IMG/VR virus record: IMGVR_UViG_3300044988_000363 | Direction: 5' to 3' (one strand) | Length of the DNA: 64,000 bases | Source of the DNA: a virus | Part shown: positions 1 to 8,646 of the stretch, in pieces | Layout: each line of letters starts with the position of its first letter | How positions within the stretch are numbered: position 1 is the first letter of the stretch | Notes under the pieces: generated by a model | What the model was told of the DNA's origin: nothing | What the model saw: the letters and a program-made list of their open reading frames with translations, nothing else | Databases searched by the model: none | Made by a program: the position numbers and the translations under genes

Positions 1-807
1 GAACAGCATCATCCTGGTTCTGCTCATAACGATGGGTTGGCAATTGATATTAATGCTCCTGGTAGTATAACTGAAGCCAGTGATCCGGTTTGGGGCAAGA
101 GATTTGATGAATTGGCAAAACAAATTCAAGCTGCAGGATATACTGTTCTTTGGAGAACCAAAGGTCACGATAACCATATTCACGCTCAAATAGGTGGCAA
201 AGGTATCAAAGGTGGTCAATCTATAATTGGCGGTCAAACAACTCCCGGATCTGAACCATCAGCAACAACTCCAGGATCAAGTTCTCCGATGATGCCAACA
301 GCAACTCCAGTTGCAATGACACAGGCAATGCCAGGAGCAGCCGCAGGATTAACTCCTGAACAAATGACAATGATGATGACAGGAATGAATCCTATGGCTG
401 CGGCTGCAGCATCAGCAATGATGGGCCAATTACAATCAGCTCAAGACGAAGCTGCAGCAATTGCTCCGCAGCAACAAGCAGAACAGCCACAATCACAACA
501 GTTATCTAGTACACAAATATTAGAACAATTGAGTAGATCTACAGAAAACACTCAAACTCTTAAACAGGCAGCTGTATCAAACCAAGTTCAACAAGAAATT
601 GCGCAACAGGAACCAATATCTGAAATACTTGCTTCTATATTTGGTCAACAATCTGGTTCGTCATCTACAGTTGTCAATAACAACAGCAATGTTAGTGCTG
701 GCGGCTACAATGGCACATATGATGTTGGCTGGCCTGATTGGGCTGAAATGATTGGTGGCAATCATTGGAAAGAAATGAAGAATTACAAAAAGAACATGTG
801 GGGATAA
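1..807 (+). CDS. C-terminal part of a probable virion/tail-associated protein with a peptidase M15-like (LAS) domain and a low-complexity tail; starts upstream of the window
   Basis: Frame is open from base 1 (EQHHPGSAHNDGLAID...HDNHIH), a H-x6-D...HxH zinc-peptidase pattern, followed by a Q/A/S/M-rich region. Confidence 0.55.
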   Translation, partial: EQHHPGSAHNDGLAIDINAPGSITEASDPVWGKRFDELAKQIQAAGYTVLWRTKGHDNHIHAQIGGKGIKGGQSIIGGQTTPGSEPSATTPGSSSPMMPTATPVAMTQAMPGAAAGLTPEQMTMMMTGMNPMAAAAASAMMGQLQSAQDEAAAIAPQQQAEQPQSQQLSSTQILEQLSRSTENTQTLKQAAVSNQVQQEIAQQEPISEILASIFGQQSGSSSTVVNNNSNVSAGGYNGTYDVGWPDWAEMIGGNHWKEMKNYKKNMWG

Positions 808-810
808 TAA

Positions 811-838
811 AAAAGGGAGCCAAAAGGCTCCCTCTTCA
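811..838. terminator. Intrinsic terminator between convergent genes
   Basis: GGGAGCC-aaaa-GGCTCCC hairpin with an A-run on the left. Confidence 0.8.
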
Positions 839-840
839 TT

Positions 841-1743
841 TTATTCATTAGCAAGCTTCTTAAAGAACTCCAATGACTCATCGTCATCTTCGTCATCACC
901 AGAATACTTCGGCGCATGAGTCGCCTTAAATGCCGGAGCAGAATCTTCTTCCTGCCATGGGACTTCTGTATTCTCAGCAGCCTTACGCTTTGCTGCAGGT
1001 GAATCTTCAGCAAGAACCTTGGCCAGACGAGCACGTAGCTCTTCTTCTGACTTGAAGTTCTTAGGATCTAGGAATTCCTTAAGCGAATGCTCACTCTTCC
1101 AGATCTGCTCTAGTTCCTTATCGTTATCAGACAGAGGCTCTGGCTTACCAAACTCTGACTTATCGTAATTACGATAACCTTCGACCTGACGAATCTTTAG
1201 CTTGAATGGTGCACCTGCCCAAAGATCGAATGGGTTGATTGCTTCCTCGTCAGCAAACTGAGGCTCCATTGCTTCCTTGAGCTTATCAAAGATCTTCTTA
1301 CCATACTTGTAAAGAAAAACCTTACCCTCATTGGCAGGATTACCTGGATCGCTGATAACATGAATATTGCTGATGAAGTGAAGACGACGCTTCTGCTTAC
1401 GAGCAATTTCCTTGTTAGCTTCAATACCCGAATTCCATAGCTTAGAATTATACTCAGAAACTGGATCGCTCTTACCAAGAGTTGTTAGTGAGTTCTCGAT
1501 ATACCATCCGCCTGGACCCTGGAAACCATGATCAAAGATACGAACGAAGGGAACATCCTCGCCAGCTGGCGGAGGGAGGAAACGAATAACAGCATAACCA
1601 TTACCAGCCTTATCGACTGTTGGCGTCCAGAAGCGATCGTCGGCACCCTTGCCTTCGCCGCCTGATAGCTTATTGAGTTCTGATGTTAGGGATTCGAGAG
1701 ACTTCTTACCAGAAGCTGCCTTGAGGGACTTAAAATCTACCAT
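841..1743 (-). CDS. gp32: T4 gp32-like single-stranded DNA-binding protein
   Basis: DDRFW..DKAGNGYAVIRFLP, HGFQGPGGWYIENSLTTLG, NPFDLWAGA, YRNYDKSEF and an acidic C-tail; start taken at MVDFK. Confidence 0.95.
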   Translation of the reverse strand: MVDFKSLKAASGKKSLESLTSELNKLSGGEGKGADDRFWTPTVDKAGNGYAVIRFLPPPAGEDVPFVRIFDHGFQGPGGWYIENSLTTLGKSDPVSEYNSKLWNSGIEANKEIARKQKRRLHFISNIHVISDPGNPANEGKVFLYKYGKKIFDKLKEAMEPQFADEEAINPFDLWAGAPFKLKIRQVEGYRNYDKSEFGKPEPLSDNDKELEQIWKSEHSLKEFLDPKNFKSEEELRARLAKVLAEDSPAAKRKAAENTEVPWQEEDSAPAFKATHAPKYSGDDEDDDESLEFFKKLANE

Positions 1744-1803
1744 GTATATTCTCCGTATAACAGTGTATGACAATTGTATGATGGGTATTTGTATCACCCA
1801 ACA

Positions 1804-2379
1804 TTATTTAGTATACCCCATATCGCTCATTATGTCAAGCATTACCTGCTTGATTTTCTCAATATCATATTTTATAAATGGAGTATATTTCACAACCTTC
1901 AATCGGACTTCTTCCCATATCGGGTCGTATTCAAGTTTAGAGTCCCACTGAGCCATCGCTTTAGTCATTTTAATAAAGACACAGAGAGACTCTAAACTGA
2001 TCTCGTTGCCAAGATATAACCTCAAAGCAGCAGGATGATGCTGCCCTCCTGATTCTTGTAGGATTTTCTTAAAATCATTTTTGAAATTGTAGGTGAGGGA
2101 CTGATTACGCTTTTTCCAATTTTGGTATGTTAATTGGGCGGTCTCAGAATATGCAATATCTCGTATCCATAACTTTGGATTATCGCTAAGATTAGCAACA
2201 AGAAACTCGTGATAATTCTCATTCTTAGCAAGTTTTTCAAAGAATATCTTATCCTTACGCTTCTCGAAAGAAGTATGTTTCAGACCTGTCTTTCCGTTGT
2301 ATTTAATGTAGTCGTAATCAGTTTTGGTGAAGTGGTTTTTTAAAGCCACGTATTCTTTATATGCTTCAAAGGCTGACAT
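1804..2379 (-). CDS. gp59: T4 gp59-like helicase loader
   Basis: YVALKNHF..YDYIKYNGK..FEKRKDKIFFEKL; adjacent to gp32 as in T4-like phages. Confidence 0.85.
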   Translation of the reverse strand: MSAFEAYKEYVALKNHFTKTDYDYIKYNGKTGLKHTSFEKRKDKIFFEKLAKNENYHEFLVANLSDNPKLWIRDIAYSETAQLTYQNWKKRNQSLTYNFKNDFKKILQESGGQHHPAALRLYLGNEISLESLCVFIKMTKAMAQWDSKLEYDPIWEEVRLKVVKYTPFIKYDIEKIKQVMLDIMSDMGYTK

Positions 2380-2389
2380 GTCAAAATAC

Positions 2390-2466
2390 CTAAATAAAGA
2401 TGTCCGTCACGAGTTGGCGCTCTACGGACTCTACACCTGTTAAAGAGGTCCAGCATGAATATTTAT
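2390..2466 (+). promoter_or_regulatory. Conserved two-hairpin leader, copy 1
   Basis: CTAAATA..GTCCGT-cac-GAG-ttggcg-CTC-t-ACGGAC-TCTA-c-ACCT-gttaaag-AGGT-c-CAGC-ATGAATATTTAT; three other copies in the window. Confidence 0.8.
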
Positions 2467-2928
2467 TACGTATACGCATATATCCGAGCATCAGACAACT
2501 CCCCATATTATATCGGCAAGGGCAAAGGTCGAAGAGCCTTTAATAAATCTCATAGCGTATCAGTTCCCAAAGACAAATCAAAAATAATATTTCTTGAAAC
2601 TAATCTAACCAACGTTGGTGCTTGCGCTATTGAACGACGTTTAATACGTTGGTATGGAAGAAAAGATTTAAACAATGGTATTCTCCATAATCGCTCGGAT
2701 GGTGGCGAAGGACCAGATGGAGCAACCGTCTGGAACAAAGGAAAAACTGGAGTCTACTCAGAAGAAACTATTCAAAAGTTACGATCGAAAGCATCTGGCA
2801 AAAAACAATCAAAAGAAACAATCGAAAAAAGAATACAAAAAACAAAAGGCAAAACCAGAAGCGAAGAATTCAAACGACAACAATCCGAAAAAATTAAAGA
2901 ATGGTGGCGTTTGAAGAAGCAATCTTAG
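2455..2928 (+). CDS. GIY-YIG family homing endonuclease with NUMOD3-like C-terminal repeats
   Basis: YYVYAY...PYYIGKG..R...E...N pattern; SEET/SKET/SEEF repeats; antisense to neighbours. Confidence 0.85.
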   Translation: MNIYYVYAYIRASDNSPYYIGKGKGRRAFNKSHSVSVPKDKSKIIFLETNLTNVGACAIERRLIRWYGRKDLNNGILHNRSDGGEGPDGATVWNKGKTGVYSEETIQKLRSKASGKKQSKETIEKRIQKTKGKTRSEEFKRQQSEKIKEWWRLKKQS

Positions 2929-3445
2929 GTTGTTTCTGTGGAGCCATAATCTTTATACGCTTCGAAGGCTGACATTTTATTTCAGGTTCTCCCTCTCTCA
3001 TATAATTTATGAATTTAAAATAAAGTCCTTTCTCTCGGCCATAAGCCTCGATTTCCCAAGGACATTCCCAATAATCCATCTCTTCGTGGAGGTATTTTTC
3101 ACCCTGCCATTTGACCATGCGTACTGGCTTCCAAATGTCTTTCATTTCACCTTTAGCATATTGCTTTAGGTGGACCATTTCATGAGCTAAAGCTAGTAAT
3201 GTTTCTTTCTTGTTAAGAGCTCTATCTACGCCTATAGTAAATTCTCTTTTCTGCTGACTGTCGTCAGTCCAGTCGCAATAAGCGTAGTCTCCGTCGATAT
3301 GATCCATTTTCTCAAATTGGATAGTCAACTTTAAGTTGTTGTAAAGTTTACCCCCTCCAATGAGATATTTTCCATAAAAATTCGCCGCCTTCTTGACTAT
3401 TGGCAGGGATATATGTGAGGGTTTACCGATTGTTTTTATGCGCAT
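2894..3445 (-). CDS. HExxH zinc metallopeptidase-like protein
   Basis: [10 protein letters not shown] and PWEIEAY motifs; start taken at MRIKT. Confidence 0.65.
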   Translation of the reverse strand: MRIKTIGKPSHISLPIVKKAANFYGKYLIGGGKLYNNLKLTIQFEKMDHIDGDYAYCDWTDDSQQKREFTIGVDRALNKKETLLALAHEMVHLKQYAKGEMKDIWKPVRMVKWQGEKYLHEEMDYWECPWEIEAYGREKGLYFKFINYMREGEPEIKCQPSKRIKIMAPQKQPKIASSNATIL

Positions 3446-3475
3446 ATTAGCCTCCAACAATGGTTCACCCACTAT

Positions 3476-3694
3476 TTATATCGGCAATCTAGCCCCACGT
3501 TTCAGAACATTAAGGTTTTCAGCCTCCAATTGAATCTTAGACTTCATTACTGGGTCTTTTCGTATCCAATACGCCGCAGTCTCTATTTCTAGATTATTTT
3601 TCTCGCACCAAAAAACTACGGCGTCAATATATTCAATATTTTTATCTTGACAGAGTTTTTCTACTTCTTCTATGAAGCCTGAATTTTTAAGCAT
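3476..3694 (-). CDS. gp33: T4 gp33-like late-transcription coactivator
   Basis: IEYIDAVV.WCEKNNLEIETAA...KSKIQLEAENLN; lies upstream of gp59-gp32. Confidence 0.8.
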   Translation of the reverse strand: MLKNSGFIEEVEKLCQDKNIEYIDAVVFWCEKNNLEIETAAYWIRKDPVMKSKIQLEAENLNVLKRGARLPI

Positions 3695-3859
3695 TGTTTT
3701 TCATATTCCTTCAATTCGGCTATTCGTCGTTCAAGATATTGTTGTATATGACTATCGTTCAATCTTCGAGCCTTATGTCTGTTCAACTCCTGTTGTAATG
3801 ACCACATTACAGTGCTAGCATGAGAGTATGCATAAGTCTCTTTGATTGTGTCCATAGAA

Positions 3860-4261
3860 CTAATCCTTGATTGTGATTGTCGTAGATTCACCTTTGGTCA
3901 TATTGTAAAGAGTGTAAGCGTTATTTGGACTCAACCGAACGCATCCGTGACTAGCAGGTCGACCCAAATTGCCCACGTGAGGGGTAGCATGAATAGCATA
4001 ACCACCAGAAAAGAATATAGAGTGCGGCATGGGAGCATTGTCATATTTCTTTGAATAATGTATAGGCTGATAAGAATAAGGGCGGAAAGTTCCAGTTGGC
4101 GTATAATATCCCTTCCGGGCTGTAGATACTGGCCAACGTTCAATTAACTCTCCATCCTCGTAAATTGTCATTGACTGGCTGCGTTTCGAAACTACTATAT
4201 CATAGTTTGCTAGAGCAGAGGTAGAGAATAGAACTAATGCAGAGATCAGTAGTTTGTTCAT
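3860..4261 (-). CDS. Secreted L,D-transpeptidase (YkuD family)
   Basis: Signal peptide; WPVSTAR, YAIHAT..LGRPASHGCVRL catalytic motif. Confidence 0.9.
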   Translation of the reverse strand: MNKLLISALVLFSTSALANYDIVVSKRSQSMTIYEDGELIERWPVSTARKGYYTPTGTFRPYSYQPIHYSKKYDNAPMPHSIFFSGGYAIHATPHVGNLGRPASHGCVRLSPNNAYTLYNMTKGESTTITIKD

Positions 4262-4743
4262 TCTGAATCCTCAATTTGATCGAGCTTTTCTCTTACAAAT
4301 ACAGCAAACTCTGGATCTTCCTTGAGATGCTGCTCTAACTGAGCAGTAGTCATCTGTTCAGACATAAAGCATTCCCAAAGCAATTCATAATTATTCATGA
4401 TAGATATCCTAGGATAGAACCAACAGGGCCAACAAAAACACCAATACAGCGAAGAATAAACTTAGCGGTTACAGGATTGTCCATTGTATTCCAGATAGCA
4501 ATAATGTTCATCACCCATCCAACAAAAAAGACAAGCCATATTACAGTTAGAGTAATGTAATATGCTAGGCCATGATCTTCTTCACGATAATTTGCCATAA
4601 TATATTCTCCAGATTAGCGACCTGACTGTTTACGCCAAATCCATGATGAAAGGTTTAGAAGCGTTTGATGAAATTTGTCTACCAAAGAACTGTTCCAGAA
4701 CCAATGAAGCTTACGGTTTGACATTTTGTTCTCCGTTAAGAAA

Positions 4744-4820
4744 TGGCGATCCCGGCACGATTCGAACGTGCGACCCACAGATTAGAAGTCTGTTGCTCTA
4801 TCCAGCTGAGCTACGGGACC
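4744..4820 (-). tRNA. tRNA-Arg(UCU)
   Basis: GGTCCCG acceptor, AGCTCAGCTGGATAGAGC D-arm, ACAGA-CTTCTAA-TCTGT anticodon arm, GTTCGAATC T-loop, encoded CCA. Confidence 0.95.
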
Positions 4821-4829
4821 ATTGTTAGT

Positions 4830-4858
4830 ATTATACGCTGATCCGAATGGAAAAGCAA
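4830..4858 (-). promoter_or_regulatory. sigma70-like promoter for tRNA-Arg
   Basis: TTGCTT-17-TATAAT on the minus strand just upstream of the tRNA. Confidence 0.7.
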
Positions 4859-5074
4859 GTTGTTTATACAAACATTCCAAAAATGCCAGAAAGAACAAAG
4901 AACGTAATTGCAGAAGCCAATGTGATCTCAATTACGCCTGTCGCCCAATAACCCAGAATAGCTCCCAGAAATAGACCTGCAACGGCGCAGATATAGACAT
5001 TAGTACTGAGAGCAAAGTTGAACTCACGCATACCCGTATATTTGTCTTTGTTACTCATAATATATCCTTTCAAA

Positions 5075-5235
5075 ATGAAAATGCGACTGTTCTGTTTCTA
5101 GGTCAGTCGCCAACCCAATGAGGATTAAGCTGCTAGAGCGTAACCTTCAAATGATGCATCATTATCGTTTGCATCTACGTTTCGCCTTTGGTCTCCTCGA
5201 AGCCTTAATGTAGATAATCGAGCCTATACACCCCC
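5075..5235 (-). ncRNA. ssrA: Two-piece (permuted) tmRNA, coding piece
   Basis: 5' end GGGGGTG; tag frame GCAAACGATAAT...GCAGCTTAA = ANDNDASFEGYALAA*; terminal GCGACTG/CAGTCGC hairpin; 3' boundary approximate. Confidence 0.92.
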
Positions 5236-5236
5236 A

Positions 5237-5701
5237 TCATAAACTGACATATGGATTCGTTTTTTTCATAACAGATTTTAATCTACCACGAACCCAATCT
5301 TTAGGATAATCCTCTAAAGAGAACTGTCCTTCGGAAACGCCATCATTGAACCAATATCTCTTGTTTCTAATTTTTCTGCCATCTGTTCCTTTTTCATAAG
5401 GAGAAGGAACGCCTGATCTTATCCATTTACCAGTGGCAGATTTCTTACCATTTCCCCATCTAATAGCATTGGTTATTGCAGCGCCTTTTTTTGCTCCTTC
5501 ACGAATTGCTATAAAAGTGCATTCGTCAGAAGTAAGAAGACCTAACAAACCTTTCCAAGCCAATAAATCTTGCCAGTGACCATGTGTTTCATATAAAACT
5601 CTATGGGCTTCGGCATGTTCTTCAATAGTAAGTTCTATCAAGTTATTTGGTTCATCTGTTCCGCCTAAATGTTTGGGAACAATATGATGTATGTGTTTCA
5701 T
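5237..5701 (-). CDS. HNH homing endonuclease inside the tmRNA intervening segment
   Basis: HIHHIVPKHLGGTDEPNNLIELTIEEHAEAH HNH motif; C-terminal WFNDG...WVRGR module. Confidence 0.85.
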   Translation of the reverse strand: MKHIHHIVPKHLGGTDEPNNLIELTIEEHAEAHRVLYETHGHWQDLLAWKGLLGLLTSDECTFIAIREGAKKGAAITNAIRWGNGKKSATGKWIRSGVPSPYEKGTDGRKIRNKRYWFNDGVSEGQFSLEDYPKDWVRGRLKSVMKKTNPYVSL

Positions 5702-5703
5702 TT

Positions 5704-5745
5704 AATCCTCCTGTCAATCATACTTATTTATAATAGACAGGATTT
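5704..5745 (-). promoter_or_regulatory. T4-type late promoter in the loop of an RBS-sequestering hairpin
   Basis: Minus strand CCTGTC-tatTATAAATAagtatgatt-GACAGG(AGG); the right arm contains the Shine-Dalgarno of the HNH gene. Confidence 0.8.
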
Positions 5746-5755
5746 TATCAGTTTA

Positions 5756-5825
5756 TGGTGGAGGTGAGGGGATTCGCACCCCTGTCTTACCAACCTATAT
5801 GCTAAGTCTCAACGACCTCGGCAAA
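5756..5825 (-). ncRNA. ssrA: Two-piece tmRNA, acceptor piece
   Basis: AGGGG-TGCGAAT-CCCCT T-arm then CACCTCC-A-CCA; pairs with GGGGGTG at 5235 including the G3:U70 alanine determinant; 5' boundary approximate. Confidence 0.9.
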
Positions 5826-5886
5826 CTTTATTTATTCTTTTGGAATTTCGTTTTCAAATTCTTCAATTAGGGGATGTGGTGGTTCT

Positions 5887-6794
5887 TTAGTGGCACGGTC
5901 TGTTAGAACTGTCCCGTACAATGCACTTACCGACGGTCGCCAACTCAGCGCAGCCAGCAACACCCAGACTAAGACACACCATTGCTATTGCTATATAAAC
6001 CTTTTTCATTCTTATCCTCCGGATTATAATCGTGCTTTTCAGTTTCATGAAGAGCAACAGAAAACCATTCAGTAGAACCTTCACGTTGATACTGAAGATC
6101 CTGCATTGGAACCATTACCATTTCCTTAGTCTGAGGATGAACCATCATCTTAGGAAACATTACCATACGAAAATCTACAATCGGCTTTTTCTTATCAACG
6201 CCTCCCGTTGGGAGACTGCTAGCAGCAATTGCACCATCTGGTCCAAGAATACTCATGTCTTTTGTCCTTTTACCTTTTCAAGCAACTGACCTAGATATTC
6301 AATCGCTTTATCATTAAATGTAACGTCGTCTAAAACACCAACAACGCAATATTGCTTTGCTGCCATTGCATTTCCATCCGAAGACTTATCGTATTCAATG
6401 ATAAACAGATGCCGATCTTTGGACATCATAACTTCATTCATCTTATCATTCTTTATACCATTATAAAGAGTAACAAGAGCTTTATCATCAATCATCTTCA
6501 TAAATTCTTTATTTTCATAACACTTCAATTCTGACTCTGCTGATAAAGCAGAGCCAGTTAACATTGAAGAGATAATCACACCATACATGATATTCTTCAT
6601 CATCACTTCCTTGTGGTTACTTCCTGAACCTTTTGAGCAACCTTTTGATAATCAATCTTACCAAAATTGGTTGGACGCTTTGGAGGTAGAGGAACTTCAA
6701 CATACTTTGTAACTGGAGGCGCAATAACGTCGCCAGCAATTGCACTACCACCCATAAGCATGGCAGCGATAGTCGATAAGATAATCTTATTCAT
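5887..6794 (-). CDS. Run of four small hypothetical proteins, several with signal peptides or a lipobox
   Basis: Abutting ORFs 6603-6794, 6253-6606, 5969-6256 and 5887-~6008, three with hydrophobic N-termini. Confidence 0.55.
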
Positions 6795-6968
6795 CTTATT
6801 TCCTTTCGGTATTATTTACGATGTTCTTAAGCAAAGCAACATCGTAATTTGTGATACGAGAAAAAGCATTCAACGCTTCTTCCCTTGATACTCCTTCTTT
6901 TTCGAGAAGGAACTTTGCTACGATCTTTATATCATTAAAGTCTTCGTAGAATTCTACATCTTTAGTGT

Positions 6969-8096
6969 TCATTGAACCACCCTCAACAAAATCGTGTTCT
7001 CGTTGATACGATACGCAAGAGGCTTTTCTGTCTTGAGATCATCAAGGACTTTTCGTAGAACAAGTTTACCACCCTCAAGTATGCGCTTGAGAAAATCGTT
7101 CGGTTCTTTCCTGCCCACAGAGCGGGAAATAGAACTACTTTCGTCATAGTTCGTAATGCTAGTTCCCTTGACCTGTAGCCCACCACGATCAATCGCTGTA
7201 AGCCTCGTAATCGTCTTATACTTTGTATTGAAAGTCCAGAGTTCCATTGCACCGATGATTTTTTCCGGTGACACTGAAGCAATTTTATAAGTTGCATCTT
7301 CCTTTTGGAACTTGAGACCCTTGATCTTCTTCTCAACTGATACTGCTCGTGGCTTGCGAGCCGTTCTAACTTTCTTCGTATTTGAAGAATATCTCTCCGC
7401 ATCTTCGATGAGGGTGTTGTAGAACGAGACGAGTTTCTTGATTTCTGTCTTTTTAAGGTGACGATAACCTTCTTTAAGCTGATCATCTTTTCCCTCATAC
7501 GCTTCAAGCAATTCGTCGAGCACTGGGGAAAATTTAGCAATGATTGAAGTAGCATAGGCTGCAGGAATATTGTTGCTCTGCAGCCACTCATACATCGAAA
7601 ACTCTACATTCTCGTAGATGTAATCGTCAATCAATCCTTCAATCTCTCCCAAAATATCATGAGTTTTCTCACGCATACGATCCTGGATAGAAATCCTCGG
7701 AGTTTCTGATTCCTCCTTGGGTTCTTCCTTCGCCTTGTCCCACATATTTAGGATCTTAGAACTGAAAAACTGCATCGTAGTTCCCGATGGCTTATGACCA
7801 CGAGAGATCATACGTGCAATCCAAGCAGCAGTCAAAGGAATATCTACGTCGGAGATCCTCGAAAGCTTCTTGGCTAGGTCTGGCTTACCAGTGTTCTTGA
7901 AATATTCCTTTAGATAATCACGAGCATCATTGGCAGTGCACATGTAGTTATACCATGTGAAACACTGACCCTCGTTGACATCCTGGGTCATAAGAGGCTC
8001 GTCGCCCAGATATTTCTTGTTCACAATATACTGTTCGGATCGAGAGACCCGAATAGTCTTTGGTTTACGCTTAATGAGTGCTGGGCGACGAGCCAT
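6969..8096 (-). CDS. Hypothetical phage protein (~375 aa)
   Basis: Long ORF with an AAGGAG RBS before MARRP; no family recognised. Confidence 0.7.
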   Translation of the reverse strand: MARRPALIKRKPKTIRVSRSEQYIVNKKYLGDEPLMTQDVNEGQCFTWYNYMCTANDARDYLKEYFKNTGKPDLAKKLSRISDVDIPLTAAWIARMISRGHKPSGTTMQFFSSKILNMWDKAKEEPKEESETPRISIQDRMREKTHDILGEIEGLIDDYIYENVEFSMYEWLQSNNIPAAYATSIIAKFSPVLDELLEAYEGKDDQLKEGYRHLKKTEIKKLVSFYNTLIEDAERYSSNTKKVRTARKPRAVSVEKKIKGLKFQKEDATYKIASVSPEKIIGAMELWTFNTKYKTITRLTAIDRGGLQVKGTSITNYDESSSISRSVGRKEPNDFLKRILEGGKLVLRKVLDDLKTEKPLAYRINENTILLRVVQ

Positions 8097-8150
8097 GAAT
8101 ATCTCCTTCAATCGTATACATATTATACTTTATATAAGGGTCAAAGACAA

Positions 8151-8228
8151 CTAAATATTATTGTCCGTCACGAGTTGGGAGCTCTACGGACTCTAACGCT
8201 AAGAAGGAGCATCAGCATGGATATTTAT
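8151..8228 (+). promoter_or_regulatory. Conserved two-hairpin leader, copy 2
   Basis: CTAAATA..GTCCGT-cac-GAG-ttgggag-CTC-t-ACGGAC-TCTA-ac-GCT-aagaagg-AGC-at-CAGC-ATGGATATTTAT. Confidence 0.8.
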
Positions 8229-8645
8229 GATCCAATCGGTAAAGCATTAGGTCTCGAACCTATCGAATTTAATTATGATATAAAAACCTATTGTCCAGAC
8301 CAAGAAATTATTCCTTGGAACAAAGGTTTGACAAAAGAAGATCCTTACGTCGCTGAAATAGGCAAAAGAATTTCTCAAGCAAAACAAAATAATCCTACCA
8401 AACCTTGGAACAAAGGTTTGACAAAAGAAGATCAACGTGTAAGAGAAAACTCTATAAAGGCAGCTAATACTAAAAAACAGCAGGGGTTTTATAAAGATTG
8501 CGGAAAATATCTCCCTAAACTCATAGGAGATAAAAATCATATGAAGTCTTCAGAACATAGAAAACGTATGTCTGAATTAGCTTCTAGAAGATATAAAAAA
8601 TGGAACGAGGACGGTAGCTGGACTTGGGGCTACCGTCCTCTGTAA
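8217..8645 (+). CDS. NUMOD-like DNA-binding-repeat protein with no recognisable nuclease domain
   Basis: PWNKGLTKED twice, SEHRKRMS; antisense to neighbours; start at MDIYD after the conserved leader. Confidence 0.6.
   Translation: MDIYDPIGKALGLEPIEFNYDIKTYCPDQEIIPWNKGLTKEDPYVAEIGKRISQAKQNNPTKPWNKGLTKEDQRVRENSIKAANTKKQQGFYKDCGKYLPKLIGDKNHMKSSEHRKRMSELASRRYKKWNEDGSWTWGYRPL
8313..8433 (+). repeat. 31-bp exact direct repeat (8313-8343, 8403-8433)
   Basis: CCTTGGAACAAAGGTTTGACAAAAGAAGATC x2. Confidence 0.95.
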
Positions 8646-8646
8646 C

